Shown: piece after piece, positions 18,552-28,949 of the stretch | Position numbering within the stretch: the stretch's first letter is position 1 | How the letters are laid out: every line of letters starts with the position of its first letter | Assembly (NCBI GenBank): GCA_014654705.1 | Contig: JACVZY010000025.1 | Location: forward strand, 4,640-68,639 | Reading direction: 5' to 3' | DNA: 64,000 bases | Source of the DNA: Ignavibacteria bacterium | GTDB taxonomy: Bacteria > Bacteroidota > Ignavibacteria > Kapaibacteriales > UBA4661 | Notes under the pieces: generated by a model | Seen by the model: the letters and a program-made list of their open reading frames with translations, nothing else | Databases searched by the model: none | What the model was told of the DNA's origin: nothing | Position numbers and translations under genes: made by a program

Positions 18552-19178
18552 TTAATGAGTATTGCTAAATTCCGCCAAATACCGCTTACTAACGACCTTC
18601 AGCGAATCATCCAATTCATACAATGCCGGAATACCCGTCGGGATATTCACTTCCAAAATCTCTTCCGGCGTGAGATTGTCGAGATACATGACGATAGAGC
18701 GGAGCGAATTGCCGTGCGCTGCAATCATCACATTTTTGCCTTCACGGAGTTTGGGTTCGATGACGTCTTTGTAGTACGGAATGCAGCGCTCTTGCGTGTC
18801 TTTGAGTGATTCCCCGTTGGGCGGCGGAACGTCGTAGCTGCGTCGCCAGATTTTTAGTTGCGCGTCACCATATTGCTTCGCAATGTCGTCTTTGTTCAAT
18901 CCTTGCAAATCGCCATAGTGCCGCTCATTCAGCTTTTCGCTACGCTCGGTGGGAATGCCTGACTTCCCGGCAGCGCCCAGCGCGAGTTCTGCAGTGTTCA
19001 TAGCCCGCTTCAGCACAGAGGTAAAGAGCATATCAATTTGAAATGGCTTCAGAAGTTCACCCGCAGCACGGGCTTCTTCTTCGCCTTTGGCGGAGAGTTC
19101 CACGTCCACCCAGCCGGTGAAGCGGTTTTCGAGATTCCATTGGGATTGCCCGTGACGCAATAAAATGAGTTGTGGCAT
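18552..19178 (-). CDS. gpmA: 2,3-bisphosphoglycerate-dependent phosphoglycerate mutase
   Basis: The LILLRHGQSQWN motif and the RHG phosphohistidine signature are present. It is 208 aa. Confidence 0.93.
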   Translation of the reverse strand: MPQLILLRHGQSQWNLENRFTGWVDVELSAKGEEEARAAGELLKPFQIDMLFTSVLKRAMNTAELALGAAGKSGIPTERSEKLNERHYGDLQGLNKDDIAKQYGDAQLKIWRRSYDVPPPNGESLKDTQERCIPYYKDVIEPKLREGKNVMIAAHGNSLRSIVMYLDNLTPEEILEVNIPTGIPALYELDDSLKVVSKRYLAEFSNTH

Positions 19179-19304
19179 AATGACGACTTTCTAGTGAAAT
19201 GAAGTTCATAAAGCGGTTTTGTTACAGTCTTGCAAAATACTCTTTTTACACAATTTTGCCGATACTTTTGTGCGACAAATTTGTACGCTCTCTGTGTTCA
19301 TAAT

Positions 19305-20974
19305 CTACTTCGCCGCAGCCTTCCACCAATTTATCAAGCCATTGGTCGAAGCATCGTGCGAGGAAACAGCGTCTGCAGTCTGAAGCTCAGGCAGAATGCG
19401 GTTTGCAAGCTGCTTGCCGAGTTCTACACCCCATTGGTCAAAAGCGTTCAAATTCCAAATTGCACCCTTCACGAAAATTTTGTGCTCGTACAGCGCTATC
19501 AGACTTCCGAGCGTGTGCGGCGTGATTTGCTTGCAGAGAATGGAAGTCGTTGGTTTATTTCCGGCAAAGACTTTATGCGGTGTCAGCGCTGCTATTTGCT
19601 CTGGTGTTTTTCCGTCTTTTTCAAGTTCTGCACGGGCTTCGTCGGCGGTTTTACCCATCATCAGCGCTTCGGTTTGAGCAAAAAAGTTAGAAAGTAACTT
19701 GCGATGATGGTCTCCCGACGGCGTTCCGACAGGGTTATGGGATAAGGCAGGCGCAATAAAATCACACGGAATGAGCTTCGTACCTTGATGAATAAGTTGG
19801 TAAAAAGCGTGTTGCCCGTTTGTCCCCGCCTCGCCCCACAGCACCTCGTTTGTTTGATAATTGACCGCTTCGCCGTTGATTTGGACGCTTTTGCCGTTGC
19901 TCTCCATTTCGCCCTGCTGCAAATATGCCGGAAGATAGCGTAAATACTCATCATACGGCAGAACAGCGTGGGATTCGGCACCGAAAAAGTTCGTGTACCA
20001 CACATCCAGCAAGCCCATGAGCATAGGCAAATTGCGTTCTACGGGCGCAGTACGAAAATGCTCGTCCATCTCAAAAGCACCTTGCAAGAGTGCCTCAAAA
20101 TTCTCCGCCCCGATAGCCAAACAAATCGGCATTCCGATTGCGCTCCACAGCGAAAAGCGCCCGCCAACCCAATCCCAAAAGCCGAACATATTTTCGGTGT
20201 CAATCCCGAAGGCGCTGACAGCCTTACTGTTGGTGGAAACAGCGATAAAGTGTTTGGCAATATCGTTCTCGGTGCGTCCATCCTTCAAAAACCAATCTCG
20301 TGCCGTTTGAGCATTAGTCATCGTTTCTTGGGTGGTGAAGGTCTTGGAAGCAATGATAAAGAGCGTCGTTTCGGGATTCACAACACGCAGCGTTTCGGCA
20401 ATATGCGTTCCATCCACATTCGAGACAAAATGTACCCTCAGCCCACGATTGCCAAATGGTGAACGCCCGTAGGGTTTAAGAGCTTCGACGACCATTTTCG
20501 GACCCAAATCCGAGCCGCCGATACCGATATTGACCACATCCGAAAATGGCAAACCCGTGTAGCCTTTGCGTTTGCCCATCCGAATCTCCTCGGCAAAAGC
20601 CCTAACTCTTCCCAGCACTTCTAACACATCCGGCATAACGTCCTTCCCGTCCGTTATCACAGGCTTACCAGAACGATTTCGCAAGGCTGTATGCAGTACG
20701 GCGCGTCCTTCGGTAGAATTGATGAGTTCGCCGGCAAACATCGCATCACGCTTTGCTTCCACGTCGGTCGCTTTTGCCAAGTCAGTGAGTAATTTCACCG
20801 TGCCAGTAGTAATACGGTTTTTAGAGAAGTCAATAAAAATGTCATTGAATGAAAGGGATAGCTCTTCAAACCGCTTTGGGTTTTCGGCAAACATTTCGCG
20901 CAAATGTTTGTGCTGAATGGCTTCACAATGGCGCTGGAGAGCGCTCCATTCGGATAGTTGGGTGAGCATCATAA
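19305..20974 (-). CDS. pgi: glucose-6-phosphate isomerase; start placed at the internal ATG-ATG (MMLTQLSEW...)
   Basis: PGI signatures are present, including [11 protein letters not shown] and the C-terminal GVELGK region. The ORF as given extends about 30 codons further upstream, to 21062. Confidence 0.9.
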
Positions 20975-21058
20975 GTATTGTATAAATATAAAGAAATTTG
21001 TTATCTCGTAGAAACCGCTTAGTAACACCGTTTATGACCGCCCCAGTACTTACACTGT

Positions 21059-22351
21059 TCAATCATAAAGCAGATACTTCTTTCGCATTTCGGTAAATTC
21101 CTTCACACCGCGTTGCGCCATGCGCCTGACCTCATCATCCGGCACCTTTTTGAGAAAGAGTGCTTCAAATATTTTGTCCGTGCCGCAGACTTTCGCAAAC
21201 ATGGCTTTTTGTGCATCGCTGATGTTTTTCACTTGAAAAAGTTCAGGTTGCAATGCTTTGAGCGCAAGCAAAATATCAATACTTGCCGCAAAGGGCTTAA
21301 AACGGATAGCATCGGGCGCAAAGGCAAAAAGAATCCCGTTGCAGTCAGTATTGGCAAATTTCCCGTAGAATGGGCGGTAGCGCGTCGGAATCATCGTTAT
21401 TCCCGTCAAGTTCTGCTTTTTTACGCCTTCCACGAGGAGCGGCACATTTAGCGTCGGCGTGCCCAGCATCTGGAATGGTAGTACGTGACCAATACCAATG
21501 TTCATCAAACTCAGTTCACCGTAAATGCCCGTGATAGCCATACCGCGAATTGATTCTACGGTCGGAATATGCGGCGAAGTCGGAATCCACGTAAAATCGG
21601 TATCTTCCCATGTCATCCAGCGTTGCCAGCCCTCAGCTCGAATGATAGTAAGGGGGCACTTGCGCGGCTTACCTGTGGCAACATCGCGCTGAAGCCAGCC
21701 CTCGCCGTTTATCATCATTGCCATTTCGCCTAAGGTGCAGCCGTGCACATATGGCACGGGCACAATTCCGACGAATGATGTGAATGCGGTGTCCAGCACC
21801 GCACCGTCAACTATTTTACCGCCAAGCGGATTCGGGCGATCAAGCACATACAGCGTTTTGCCGTACTCCGCGCAGGCATCCATTACCCAGTACAACGTCG
21901 AAAGATAGGTATAGCTTCGCAGACCAACATCTTGAATATCAAAAACCACAGCGTCGAAGCCCTCCAGCATAGTCTGCGTCGGGCGACGGCGGTCTTTGCC
22001 AAAGAGCGAAACTGCCTTAATGCCGCGTATGGTTTCTAAAGAATCTTTGACGAGTTCGCCAGCTCTGGCAAGCCCATAATACCCATGCTCCGGTGTAAGA
22101 ATCGAACCAACAGTACAGTTTTTTGCTTGTAAAAATGCGTCGAGCGTAGATTGAAGGCTGCGCGTACGCCCGCTTTGATTTGTTACTAAAACAATTTTTT
22201 TTCCTTCAAAGAGTGTAAAATTCTGCAAGACAAGCACATCCACACCGTTTTTGACATCATAGCGAAAAGCTGCTTGCGTCCGAGCTTGCTGCGGAGCAGT
22301 GATAAGCAGGCAGAGAAAAAAAAGAACGATTGGATGAAAGCGATAGGTCAT
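21059..22351 (-). CDS. DUF1343-family protein (putative exo-beta-N-acetylmuramidase NamZ-like) with a signal peptide
   Basis: 430 aa. The family assignment rests on overall size and organisation and is recalled from memory, not verified. Confidence 0.45.
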   Translation of the reverse strand: MTYRFHPIVLFFLCLLITAPQQARTQAAFRYDVKNGVDVLVLQNFTLFEGKKIVLVTNQSGRTRSLQSTLDAFLQAKNCTVGSILTPEHGYYGLARAGELVKDSLETIRGIKAVSLFGKDRRRPTQTMLEGFDAVVFDIQDVGLRSYTYLSTLYWVMDACAEYGKTLYVLDRPNPLGGKIVDGAVLDTAFTSFVGIVPVPYVHGCTLGEMAMMINGEGWLQRDVATGKPRKCPLTIIRAEGWQRWMTWEDTDFTWIPTSPHIPTVESIRGMAITGIYGELSLMNIGIGHVLPFQMLGTPTLNVPLLVEGVKKQNLTGITMIPTRYRPFYGKFANTDCNGILFAFAPDAIRFKPFAASIDILLALKALQPELFQVKNISDAQKAMFAKVCGTDKIFEALFLKKVPDDEVRRMAQRGVKEFTEMRKKYLLYD

Positions 22352-22454
22352 AATGGTTTATGGTGCGAATGGCGTAAGTGGAATGCTGCTTGACGTTGCT
22401 TATCATCAAACAGATATACAATGCGGTACTTGTATTAGCGCAAGTACACAAAGA

Positions 22455-22489
22455 TAAAAAAAATCCCGCTCCTACGAGAGAAGCGGGAT
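22455..22489 (-). terminator. intrinsic terminator downstream of the LysM-protein gene
   Basis: An 8-bp stem (atcccgct / agcgggat) with an 11-nt loop. The forward-strand A-run at 22455-22463 reads as a U-run after the hairpin on the minus strand. Confidence 0.6.
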
Positions 22490-22533
22490 AGATTTATCTT
22501 CAACTAAAGACGAGAATCAAGCACATGAGTCTT

Positions 22534-23361
22534 TTAATTATTCACGCCGGTTTTAAGCGGTTGTGTTGTAGTGCTTGTGCCTGTGGCAGCACCGCGCTTT
22601 GAACGCCAGTATTTGCGCTCTGCTTTGACTTCTTCGGATGTTTTTTCTGCTTTAGCAGGAATTTGGAATTCTTGACCCGGGTAGATAATATCAGGATTAC
22701 GGATGATGCCTTTATTAGCAACCCAGATTTTGGGCCAAAGAAACGCGTCGTCATAAATTTCATTGCGTGCAGAGATATTCCACAAACATTCACGATTTTC
22801 TGCCCACGTACCAACGGTATAACTACCGGTATTCTTTTTCTTTTCGCGGTAGAGTCCCTTAATATCTTTTGCTGTTGCTATAATACGGTTGAAGAATTCC
22901 GGTAAAAGGGCAATTTTCTCTTTGCGCATAGCATTAAGCTCATTTTCGAGAGCGCGTACTTGGTCTTGTTTCTCTTTTTCTGCAAGCGCATCATCCGATA
23001 GTGCCTTGAGTTCACGTACTTTTCCTTCCAACACACCAAGCCGTTGGCGAAAAGCATCTACTTCTGCTTTGGAAGCATTCACGAGTCCGTAGAATGATTC
23101 ATCACAATCAGCAGCGGCTTTTTGGAGGTCAGCGAGTTTCTTGGTCGCAGCATTAAATTTTTCATCGCCCTGCTTCATTTGCGCCTCTAGCGATGTTACC
23201 GTCTCACGGAATTGTTTTATGCGCACATCGGCTTCGTCTTTTGTAAGCTGCTCATCAGGCTTGTTTGGGTCGAGAGCCGCAGGCTGCTGCTGGGAGTAGG
23301 CGGCAGAGGAAGTTACCAACAGTGCGACAAGAATGGAACGAAGATAAGAATGAAATTTCAT
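22534..23361 (-). CDS. secreted coiled-coil protein with a C-terminal LysM peptidoglycan-binding domain
   Basis: A signal peptide is followed by a long heptad-like region and then a LysM-like segment (YTVGTWAENRECLWNISARNEIY...IYPGQEFQIP). Confidence 0.7.
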   Translation of the reverse strand: MKFHSYLRSILVALLVTSSAAYSQQQPAALDPNKPDEQLTKDEADVRIKQFRETVTSLEAQMKQGDEKFNAATKKLADLQKAAADCDESFYGLVNASKAEVDAFRQRLGVLEGKVRELKALSDDALAEKEKQDQVRALENELNAMRKEKIALLPEFFNRIIATAKDIKGLYREKKKNTGSYTVGTWAENRECLWNISARNEIYDDAFLWPKIWVANKGIIRNPDIIYPGQEFQIPAKAEKTSEEVKAERKYWRSKRGAATGTSTTTQPLKTGVNN

Positions 23362-23402
23362 AATAGTATCGAATGGGAGTGAAAAGGTTATTCTGAACAG
23401 GC

Positions 23403-23732
23403 TTATTTTTTCTTACCCGTGTTTGTTTTAACGGTATCTTTAGCCGGTTCGGTATAATCGGGCCAGGCATTCGGATATTTTGCCAAGCGCTGCTCTAGAG
23501 CAAGTTTTTCTTCATTACACTTTGTTACGGCACGTTCGCGGTCAGCAATTTCTGTCTCTAAACGAGCAATTTCACTTTGGCGCACTTTAATTTTCTCGCC
23601 TAATGAAGCCTGTTGACGGCGCAGCTCGCTGATTTGGGCTTTCTGCTCGTCGGTGATTTTCGCTGCTCCGCAGGAGGTCAGCAGTGCAACGGCAACAAAG
23701 CCGCCGATAGCAAAAAAGTGTTTGTGTTGCAT
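23403..23732 (-). CDS. small coiled-coil lipoprotein
   Basis: Starting at the internal ATG gives MQHKHFFAIGGFVAVALLTSCG, which contains a lipobox. A strong RBS (AAAGGAG) sits immediately upstream of that ATG. Confidence 0.6.
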   Translation of the reverse strand: MQHKHFFAIGGFVAVALLTSCGAAKITDEQKAQISELRRQQASLGEKIKVRQSEIARLETEIADRERAVTKCNEEKLALEQRLAKYPNAWPDYTEPAKDTVKTNTGKKK

Positions 23733-24151
23733 TGTTTGGTCTCCTTTAATAATCAAATGTATCTTGCAGCAAATCGGTAAAAATTTATTGTTTTTTATGT
23801 CCAAGAGGTTTCAAACGCCTTATTGAGCAGCATCTCAGCGAAGTTTATGCCTAAGGCTTTCGATTACGGCGTTTTATGTTTTCCAAGCGGCGATTCGTTT
23901 TTTTTGTTGCTTTTCCCGCAGCGTGGCGCATAGCTTTAGTACTATTTCCGACATCAGCACGAGCATTTGTGCCGCCTACTTGTCGGTTATGGCGTCACAA
24001 TGTTTAATTACGCGAATGGAATAGTTTCGGAATATAAGAAAGTCATGCTATCTACCCAAATATTTTCCATCCGAGCATAAAACCATTTGTAGGAGTTCTT
24101 CGTCCTACCGATAGGTTTAATGCCCATTTTTTCATTTTCAACACTGCTTTT

Positions 24152-24775
24152 ATGTTGACACATTTTTTTGCCCTGTTTTCTACTGTACTTCTTTTCGGAA
24201 CAGTAGCCTTCGCTCCCGCGCAAACACTGCCTAGTGCAGACGAAGTATTCACTGCTGCACAAAAAAAATATGCAGACGGAGCATCAATGCGTATAAAATT
24301 TGTCATGAAAAGCGAGGATATTCGGGGGTCGCTTGCACTCAAGCGAGGCAACAAATATATTCTTGAACTGTCTGGGCGTACGATTATTTGTAATGGCAAA
24401 ACCGTCTGGAATTATGACGTGGCACAAAAAAAAGTCGTTATGAGTGATTTCCGCGATAATCCCGATAATATCTCACCGGAGAGAATTTTTTTGAATTTCC
24501 CTCGCAATTACAAACCCGCCCTGACCATCGAAAAAAGCAGTAACGATTTTCTTCTCACGCTTGCGCCAGCCAAAGCCCGCGACCAAATTAGCGATATGCA
24601 GCGAGTCGGTCTGCGCCTTTCGCGGGAAATGCGCTTGAAAGCAGTTGCTATCTTTGATGGCTCCGCGCTCCACGAATGGGATATTACCGACATCAAACCC
24701 GATGCCGGCTTGGCAGACAGTGTTTTTGAATGGAAGCCGCCGCAGGGTGTACAGATTATTGATTTGCGAGATTAA
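24152..24775 (+). CDS. LolA-like outer-membrane lipoprotein carrier protein
   Basis: 207 aa with a signal peptide. Its size and sequence are typical of the LolA family. Confidence 0.6.
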   Translation: MLTHFFALFSTVLLFGTVAFAPAQTLPSADEVFTAAQKKYADGASMRIKFVMKSEDIRGSLALKRGNKYILELSGRTIICNGKTVWNYDVAQKKVVMSDFRDNPDNISPERIFLNFPRNYKPALTIEKSSNDFLLTLAPAKARDQISDMQRVGLRLSREMRLKAVAIFDGSALHEWDITDIKPDAGLADSVFEWKPPQGVQIIDLRD

Positions 24776-24798
24776 CTTCTTCGTGGAAAGTTTCTGCC

Positions 24799-25947
24799 TT
24801 AACCCTTGCGGTCATTGCGCAAAATTTGTCCTTTCCACTCAACACTAGATTTTAAGCCGAGAAATGGTGTCATTAGCTCCACAAGCAAGAAAAAAGGCTC
24901 GGCAAGAGGCATCAAAAATACCTTTGCTGGTATGCGTAATTCTGCGAACGCCGGATATGTAAGAGCCATATCCGCAAGAACACGCACCACCAGCAGTACT
25001 GCTAACAAATCCCACGAAGCGCTTGCTACTGCACCCACAAGCCCCAACCACATCGCCACGGATGACACGACAAAAACTGCTCCACGCCACCCCAACGCTT
25101 TACCGCCATTCACCCAACGATGATGCTGTTTGATAAATGAACCCACATCAGGACAAGGAAGTGTGTCAATTTTTGTTTCATGAGCACAGATATACCGCGC
25201 TTCGTAGCCCGCAGTAGTTACAGCCTGCAAAAGCGCCAAATCTTCGGTTACTGAAAAACGAATGCTCGGGTATCCGCCCAGTTCATCGTACACTCGACGA
25301 CGAACACTGAGATTATTCCCAAAGCAGCCAAGCGGCTGCCCCAAGCCCACTCCGGCGCTCGCCATTGTGTTGTTGATGAGCCATTCCAGCATTTGCATCA
25401 GGTCAAAAAAGCGTGAGCCTTTTGCCAGTGTGTAGGAAGCAATCAAACCAATACGCGGGTTTTGAAACGTATGCGCAATGGCTGAAATCCACGTAGGCGG
25501 CACTGTACAATCCGCATCGGTCATAAGAACAAATTCACCCCGTGAGCGCATAATTCCTTGATGGACAGCGCGCGGCTTCCCTTGAAGATTTGCATTGGTA
25601 CGGTCGTCAATGGTGTTATGAACGATTACATTTGGAAACCGCTCGTGGAGTGCACCTACAATATCACCGGTGCTATCGGTAGAACGGTCATTTACAATCA
25701 CTACTTCAAAGCGCTCCGGCGGGTAATTGCTTCGCATCAATGAAAGCACACAATTTTCGATGTTCTCTTCTTCGTTGCGGGCAGGGACAACGACCGATAC
25801 AAATGGTGTAAACAATGATGGTGTATCGTAGGCAATCCTTTTTTTGCGCTCCCGCCAAGCACCCAAGGCAAACACAAGCGTCCGCAAGCAATACACCGCA
25901 ATAGCAGTTACAACCAGAATGTAAACCAGATGTGCAATCTCAGGCAT
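24799..25947 (-). CDS. family 2 glycosyltransferase (membrane-anchored; cellulose-synthase-like, DxD type)
   Basis: An N-terminal TM is followed by the VSVVVPARNEE, DRSTDSTGDIV and TDADC motifs. The ORF could alternatively start upstream at 26097. Confidence 0.8.
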   Translation of the reverse strand: MPEIAHLVYILVVTAIAVYCLRTLVFALGAWRERKKRIAYDTPSLFTPFVSVVVPARNEEENIENCVLSLMRSNYPPERFEVVIVNDRSTDSTGDIVGALHERFPNVIVHNTIDDRTNANLQGKPRAVHQGIMRSRGEFVLMTDADCTVPPTWISAIAHTFQNPRIGLIASYTLAKGSRFFDLMQMLEWLINNTMASAGVGLGQPLGCFGNNLSVRRRVYDELGGYPSIRFSVTEDLALLQAVTTAGYEARYICAHETKIDTLPCPDVGSFIKQHHRWVNGGKALGWRGAVFVVSSVAMWLGLVGAVASASWDLLAVLLVVRVLADMALTYPAFAELRIPAKVFLMPLAEPFFLLVELMTPFLGLKSSVEWKGQILRNDRKG

Positions 25948-26152
25948 GGTAATCGGGAATCGTGATAAAAACAAGAACGATGAAATTACTATGATTTCCG
26001 GCGAAAAAAAACTATGCTCGTGCAAAATCTTGGTAACACATCCAAAGGTGCTTGAAACAAGAAGCCTCCAGCGCTGCGCGGATTGAGTATCCGACACTTT
26101 TGCTGGAGGCTTGATATTTTAGAGCAGACTATCCGACAAGCAAATGATGCTG

Positions 26153-26947
26153 TTAATAGTTGAAGCGAACATCAGTCGAGCGAAGCATATTTTCAATTCT
26201 GCGCAACTCGGTTTCCGAAATTGGATTTGCATTGAGTTGAATCATCTCAAGATTTTTGAGCTTACCCATTGTGGTCGGCAATTTATCAATCTTGTTGAAA
26301 CGCAAATTAAAGATGCGCAGTTTTGTTAGCTTTACCACATCTGCCGGCACTTCGGTGAGGCGATTGCCACCGAAATCCAAGATAGCGAGGCTGGTCATCC
26401 CGCATACTTCTTTCGGAATCTTGGTAATTTGATTTGCCGTAAAGTACAATACCTTCAGGTTTTTCAGTTTTGGAATAGACGCCGGTACTTGCGTAAATTC
26501 ATTTTTGCCAAAATCTACGGATTTGAGTTTTTTGAGATTAGCAAACTCAGCCGGAACAGTTGTCAATTTGTTACCGTAAAGGCTAAGGGTGTGCAGGTTC
26601 ACAAGTTTGCCGATTTCGGGTGGCAAGGAGGTGAGATTTTTCTCGTGCAAGTCCAAAAATTCTACGTTCTCCGGCTCTTTCAGAGCATCTTCGATGGACT
26701 CAAAGCGCTTCGCATTTTTTTGGAGCGAATCCAGCACTCCCATTTCGGGGTCCGGTTTACGGTCGGGTGCGAGCGAAGCAGGCTTGCCACCTGATTCTGT
26801 CGGCAGTGTCGCTTGTGTGGTGCTTACTTTCTTTTTTGCTTTTTTGTTAGCGGTGGATTTTGCTTGCTGTGCTTGTGTGCTGTTTGGCGCGAGGCTTACT
26901 CCAAAGAGTAATGCGCAGGTAATAATGCCGGAAAGAATACGCTTCAT
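26153..26947 (-). CDS. leucine-rich-repeat (LRR) surface protein with a signal peptide
   Basis: A signal peptide and a Lys/Ala-rich linker precede tandem repeats of the form LxxLPxxIGxLxNLxxLxLxxNxL. Confidence 0.8.
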   Translation of the reverse strand: MKRILSGIITCALLFGVSLAPNSTQAQQAKSTANKKAKKKVSTTQATLPTESGGKPASLAPDRKPDPEMGVLDSLQKNAKRFESIEDALKEPENVEFLDLHEKNLTSLPPEIGKLVNLHTLSLYGNKLTTVPAEFANLKKLKSVDFGKNEFTQVPASIPKLKNLKVLYFTANQITKIPKEVCGMTSLAILDFGGNRLTEVPADVVKLTKLRIFNLRFNKIDKLPTTMGKLKNLEMIQLNANPISETELRRIENMLRSTDVRFNY

Positions 26948-27063
26948 GCGTTTACCATCTCCTTCAAAGTGAAACGAAATAGTACATTGATGTACAGTAG
27001 TTGTTGATTTTTACGAGAGCGTGTAAGACTATTTTTTCATTTGTTTATGAGTCGTGTGCAATT

Positions 27064-27477
27064 TCAGTCTTTCTGTTCGGGTGGCGCGCAAAGCTCCATC
27101 AGCACACCATTTGTAGATTTCGGATGCAGAAAGGCAATCATCATATCGTGAGCACCTTTTTGCGCGGTGGTGTTGATAAGCTGTACACCGCCAAGCGCCA
27201 AGCGCTGCAATTCTTCATTCACACCTTCTGTTGTAAAGGCTACGTGATGAATGCCTTCACCTCGCTTTTCGATAAACTTTGCTATCGGCGAGTCTGCATC
27301 GGTGGGAGCGGTAAGTTCTATCAAGACATCACCAACTTTGAACGAAGCCACATCTACTTTTTGGTCGGCGACAGTTTCGCGGTGGAATGATTCTACACGA
27401 AAAATCTTTTGAAAGAGATCCATGCTCGTCTGCAAATCGCGGACAGCAATTCCAAGATGATTAACACCACTAATCAT
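27064..27477 (-). CDS. mce: methylmalonyl-CoA epimerase (VOC/glyoxalase family)
   Basis: 137 aa. The motifs NHLGIAVRDL and GEGIHHVAF are present. Confidence 0.8.
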   Translation of the reverse strand: MISGVNHLGIAVRDLQTSMDLFQKIFRVESFHRETVADQKVDVASFKVGDVLIELTAPTDADSPIAKFIEKRGEGIHHVAFTTEGVNEELQRLALGGVQLINTTAQKGAHDMMIAFLHPKSTNGVLMELCAPPEQKD

Positions 27478-27527
27478 AATCGTCCTTCAATCGGTAAGAT
27501 AAAACATTGAGTTTGCCTGCCCTCTAC

Positions 27528-28292
27528 TTAGGCGAGTTCTGCTTGGAGCGCCTGCTCCATGATGCGCTGCGCATCGGCAAGTTGGTCTATGGTGTTGACG
27601 CCTAGAACCTCGGTGAAAGCATCGCATTTCCAGGCAGTAACTCCTTCGCCATGCTCACGAAGAATGCTAATAATGTCCGTCAGATAGTATTCACCTTGTA
27701 CGTTAGAGTTTGAGACTTCTCGCAACGCCGTAAAAAGGGCAGACGCACGAACAAGATAAATGCCGCTATTAATTTCGGTAATGGCGCGTTCCGCCTCGCT
27801 TGCGTCTTTATGCTCTACGATACGCTCGAAGTTGCCGCCCATACGCACAATGCGCCCATACCCTGCAGGATTCGGAGCATCTACGGACAGCACCGACACC
27901 ACTGCTCCGCTGGCAGCATGAGCCTCAGCAAAGGCGCGTAAGGTCTCTGCACGGAGCAAGGGTACATCGCCTGACAAAATCAGGACATTGCCCGCAAAAC
28001 TGCCTAAAAGATGCTCTGCTTGCTGTACCGCATGACCGGTGCCGAGCTGCACGTCTTGATGGGCATATTCCAACCGACCGGGAAACTCCGCACTGAGGTA
28101 CTCCATCACCGATTCCTTTTGAAAGCCCACCACAGCGACAATACGCCGAGGGGAAAGCGATTCAGCTTGGCGAACAACATACGCTATCATCGGCTTGCCG
28201 GAGAGTTCAAACATTACTTTAGCTTTGTCTGGATTATTCATGCGCGTACCTTTTCCGGCAGCGAGAATGATTACAGCAAGAGATTGAGACAT
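27528..28292 (-). CDS. sugar-phosphate nucleotidyltransferase (GlmU N-terminal-domain-like; the LbH acetyltransferase domain is absent)
   Basis: The N-terminus LAVIILAAGKGTRMNNPDKAKVMFELSGKPMIAYVV matches the GlmU/MobA-like NTP-transferase fold. At 254 aa it is too short for the full bifunctional enzyme. Confidence 0.7.
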   Translation of the reverse strand: MSQSLAVIILAAGKGTRMNNPDKAKVMFELSGKPMIAYVVRQAESLSPRRIVAVVGFQKESVMEYLSAEFPGRLEYAHQDVQLGTGHAVQQAEHLLGSFAGNVLILSGDVPLLRAETLRAFAEAHAASGAVVSVLSVDAPNPAGYGRIVRMGGNFERIVEHKDASEAERAITEINSGIYLVRASALFTALREVSNSNVQGEYYLTDIISILREHGEGVTAWKCDAFTEVLGVNTIDQLADAQRIMEQALQAELA

Positions 28293-28615
28293 GAAAAGAA
28301 CGAAATAATGTGCAAAATTACGAAATTTGATGAGTGAAGCAGCAAAAAGCCGATGTTAAAGAATGTTAAGTTGCAATCTGACATACACGATTATGTCGTT
28401 GTGAAATAAGCAATAACAGTCTTTTACTTTTACTTTTATAGCCGACGTTGCGAAAGTAGCCAAGACTACAAAGTTATGACAATTTTATTTGCTGTACAAA
28501 TTTTCGCAGATATGTTGTAAATTCGCGCAGCCAAAGCAACATTCTGCACCCATTCCATTCGCAATTTATTTATACTCATTATTCTTTATAGATGCTCCGG
28601 AAAGGACAAACGTTT

Positions 28616-28945
28616 ATGCGTATTTCTCTTGCAAAACTGGCTCATGCTCGAAGTGGCGACAAAGGCGATGCCGCAAATTGTGGTGTCATCGCTTTCAGAG
28701 AAGAGTGGTATCCCATTGTGCGTGATGCACTCACCACCGAGCGCGTCAAGAAGCACTTTGAAGGCGTGTGTTTGGGCGAGGTGGAGCGCTATGAACTCCC
28801 GAACATTTGGGCACTGAACTTCGTCCTGCATAACACACTCGGCGGCGGCGGCACGGTCTCGCTCAAATTGGATGCACAGGGCAAAACAATCGCCTCAGCA
28901 ATGCTGATGATGGAAATTGATGTGCCGGATACGTTGGCGGTCTAA
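28616..28945 (+). CDS. small conserved hypothetical protein, possibly DUF4387-like (AtuA-associated family)
   Basis: The AHARSGDKGD motif is present. An RBS (GGAAAGGA) lies 9 nt upstream of the internal ATG MRISLAKL. It sits alone on the plus strand, convergent with the S8 protease gene. Confidence 0.4.
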   Translation: MRISLAKLAHARSGDKGDAANCGVIAFREEWYPIVRDALTTERVKKHFEGVCLGEVERYELPNIWALNFVLHNTLGGGGTVSLKLDAQGKTIASAMLMMEIDVPDTLAV

Positions 28946-28949
28946 CAAT

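Noticed and set aside
22352-22533. Possible small ORF or ncRNA between the NamZ-like gene and the LysM-protein gene.
   Set aside because: The region is explained by the LysM gene intrinsic terminator (22455..22489) together with the NamZ-like promoter region.
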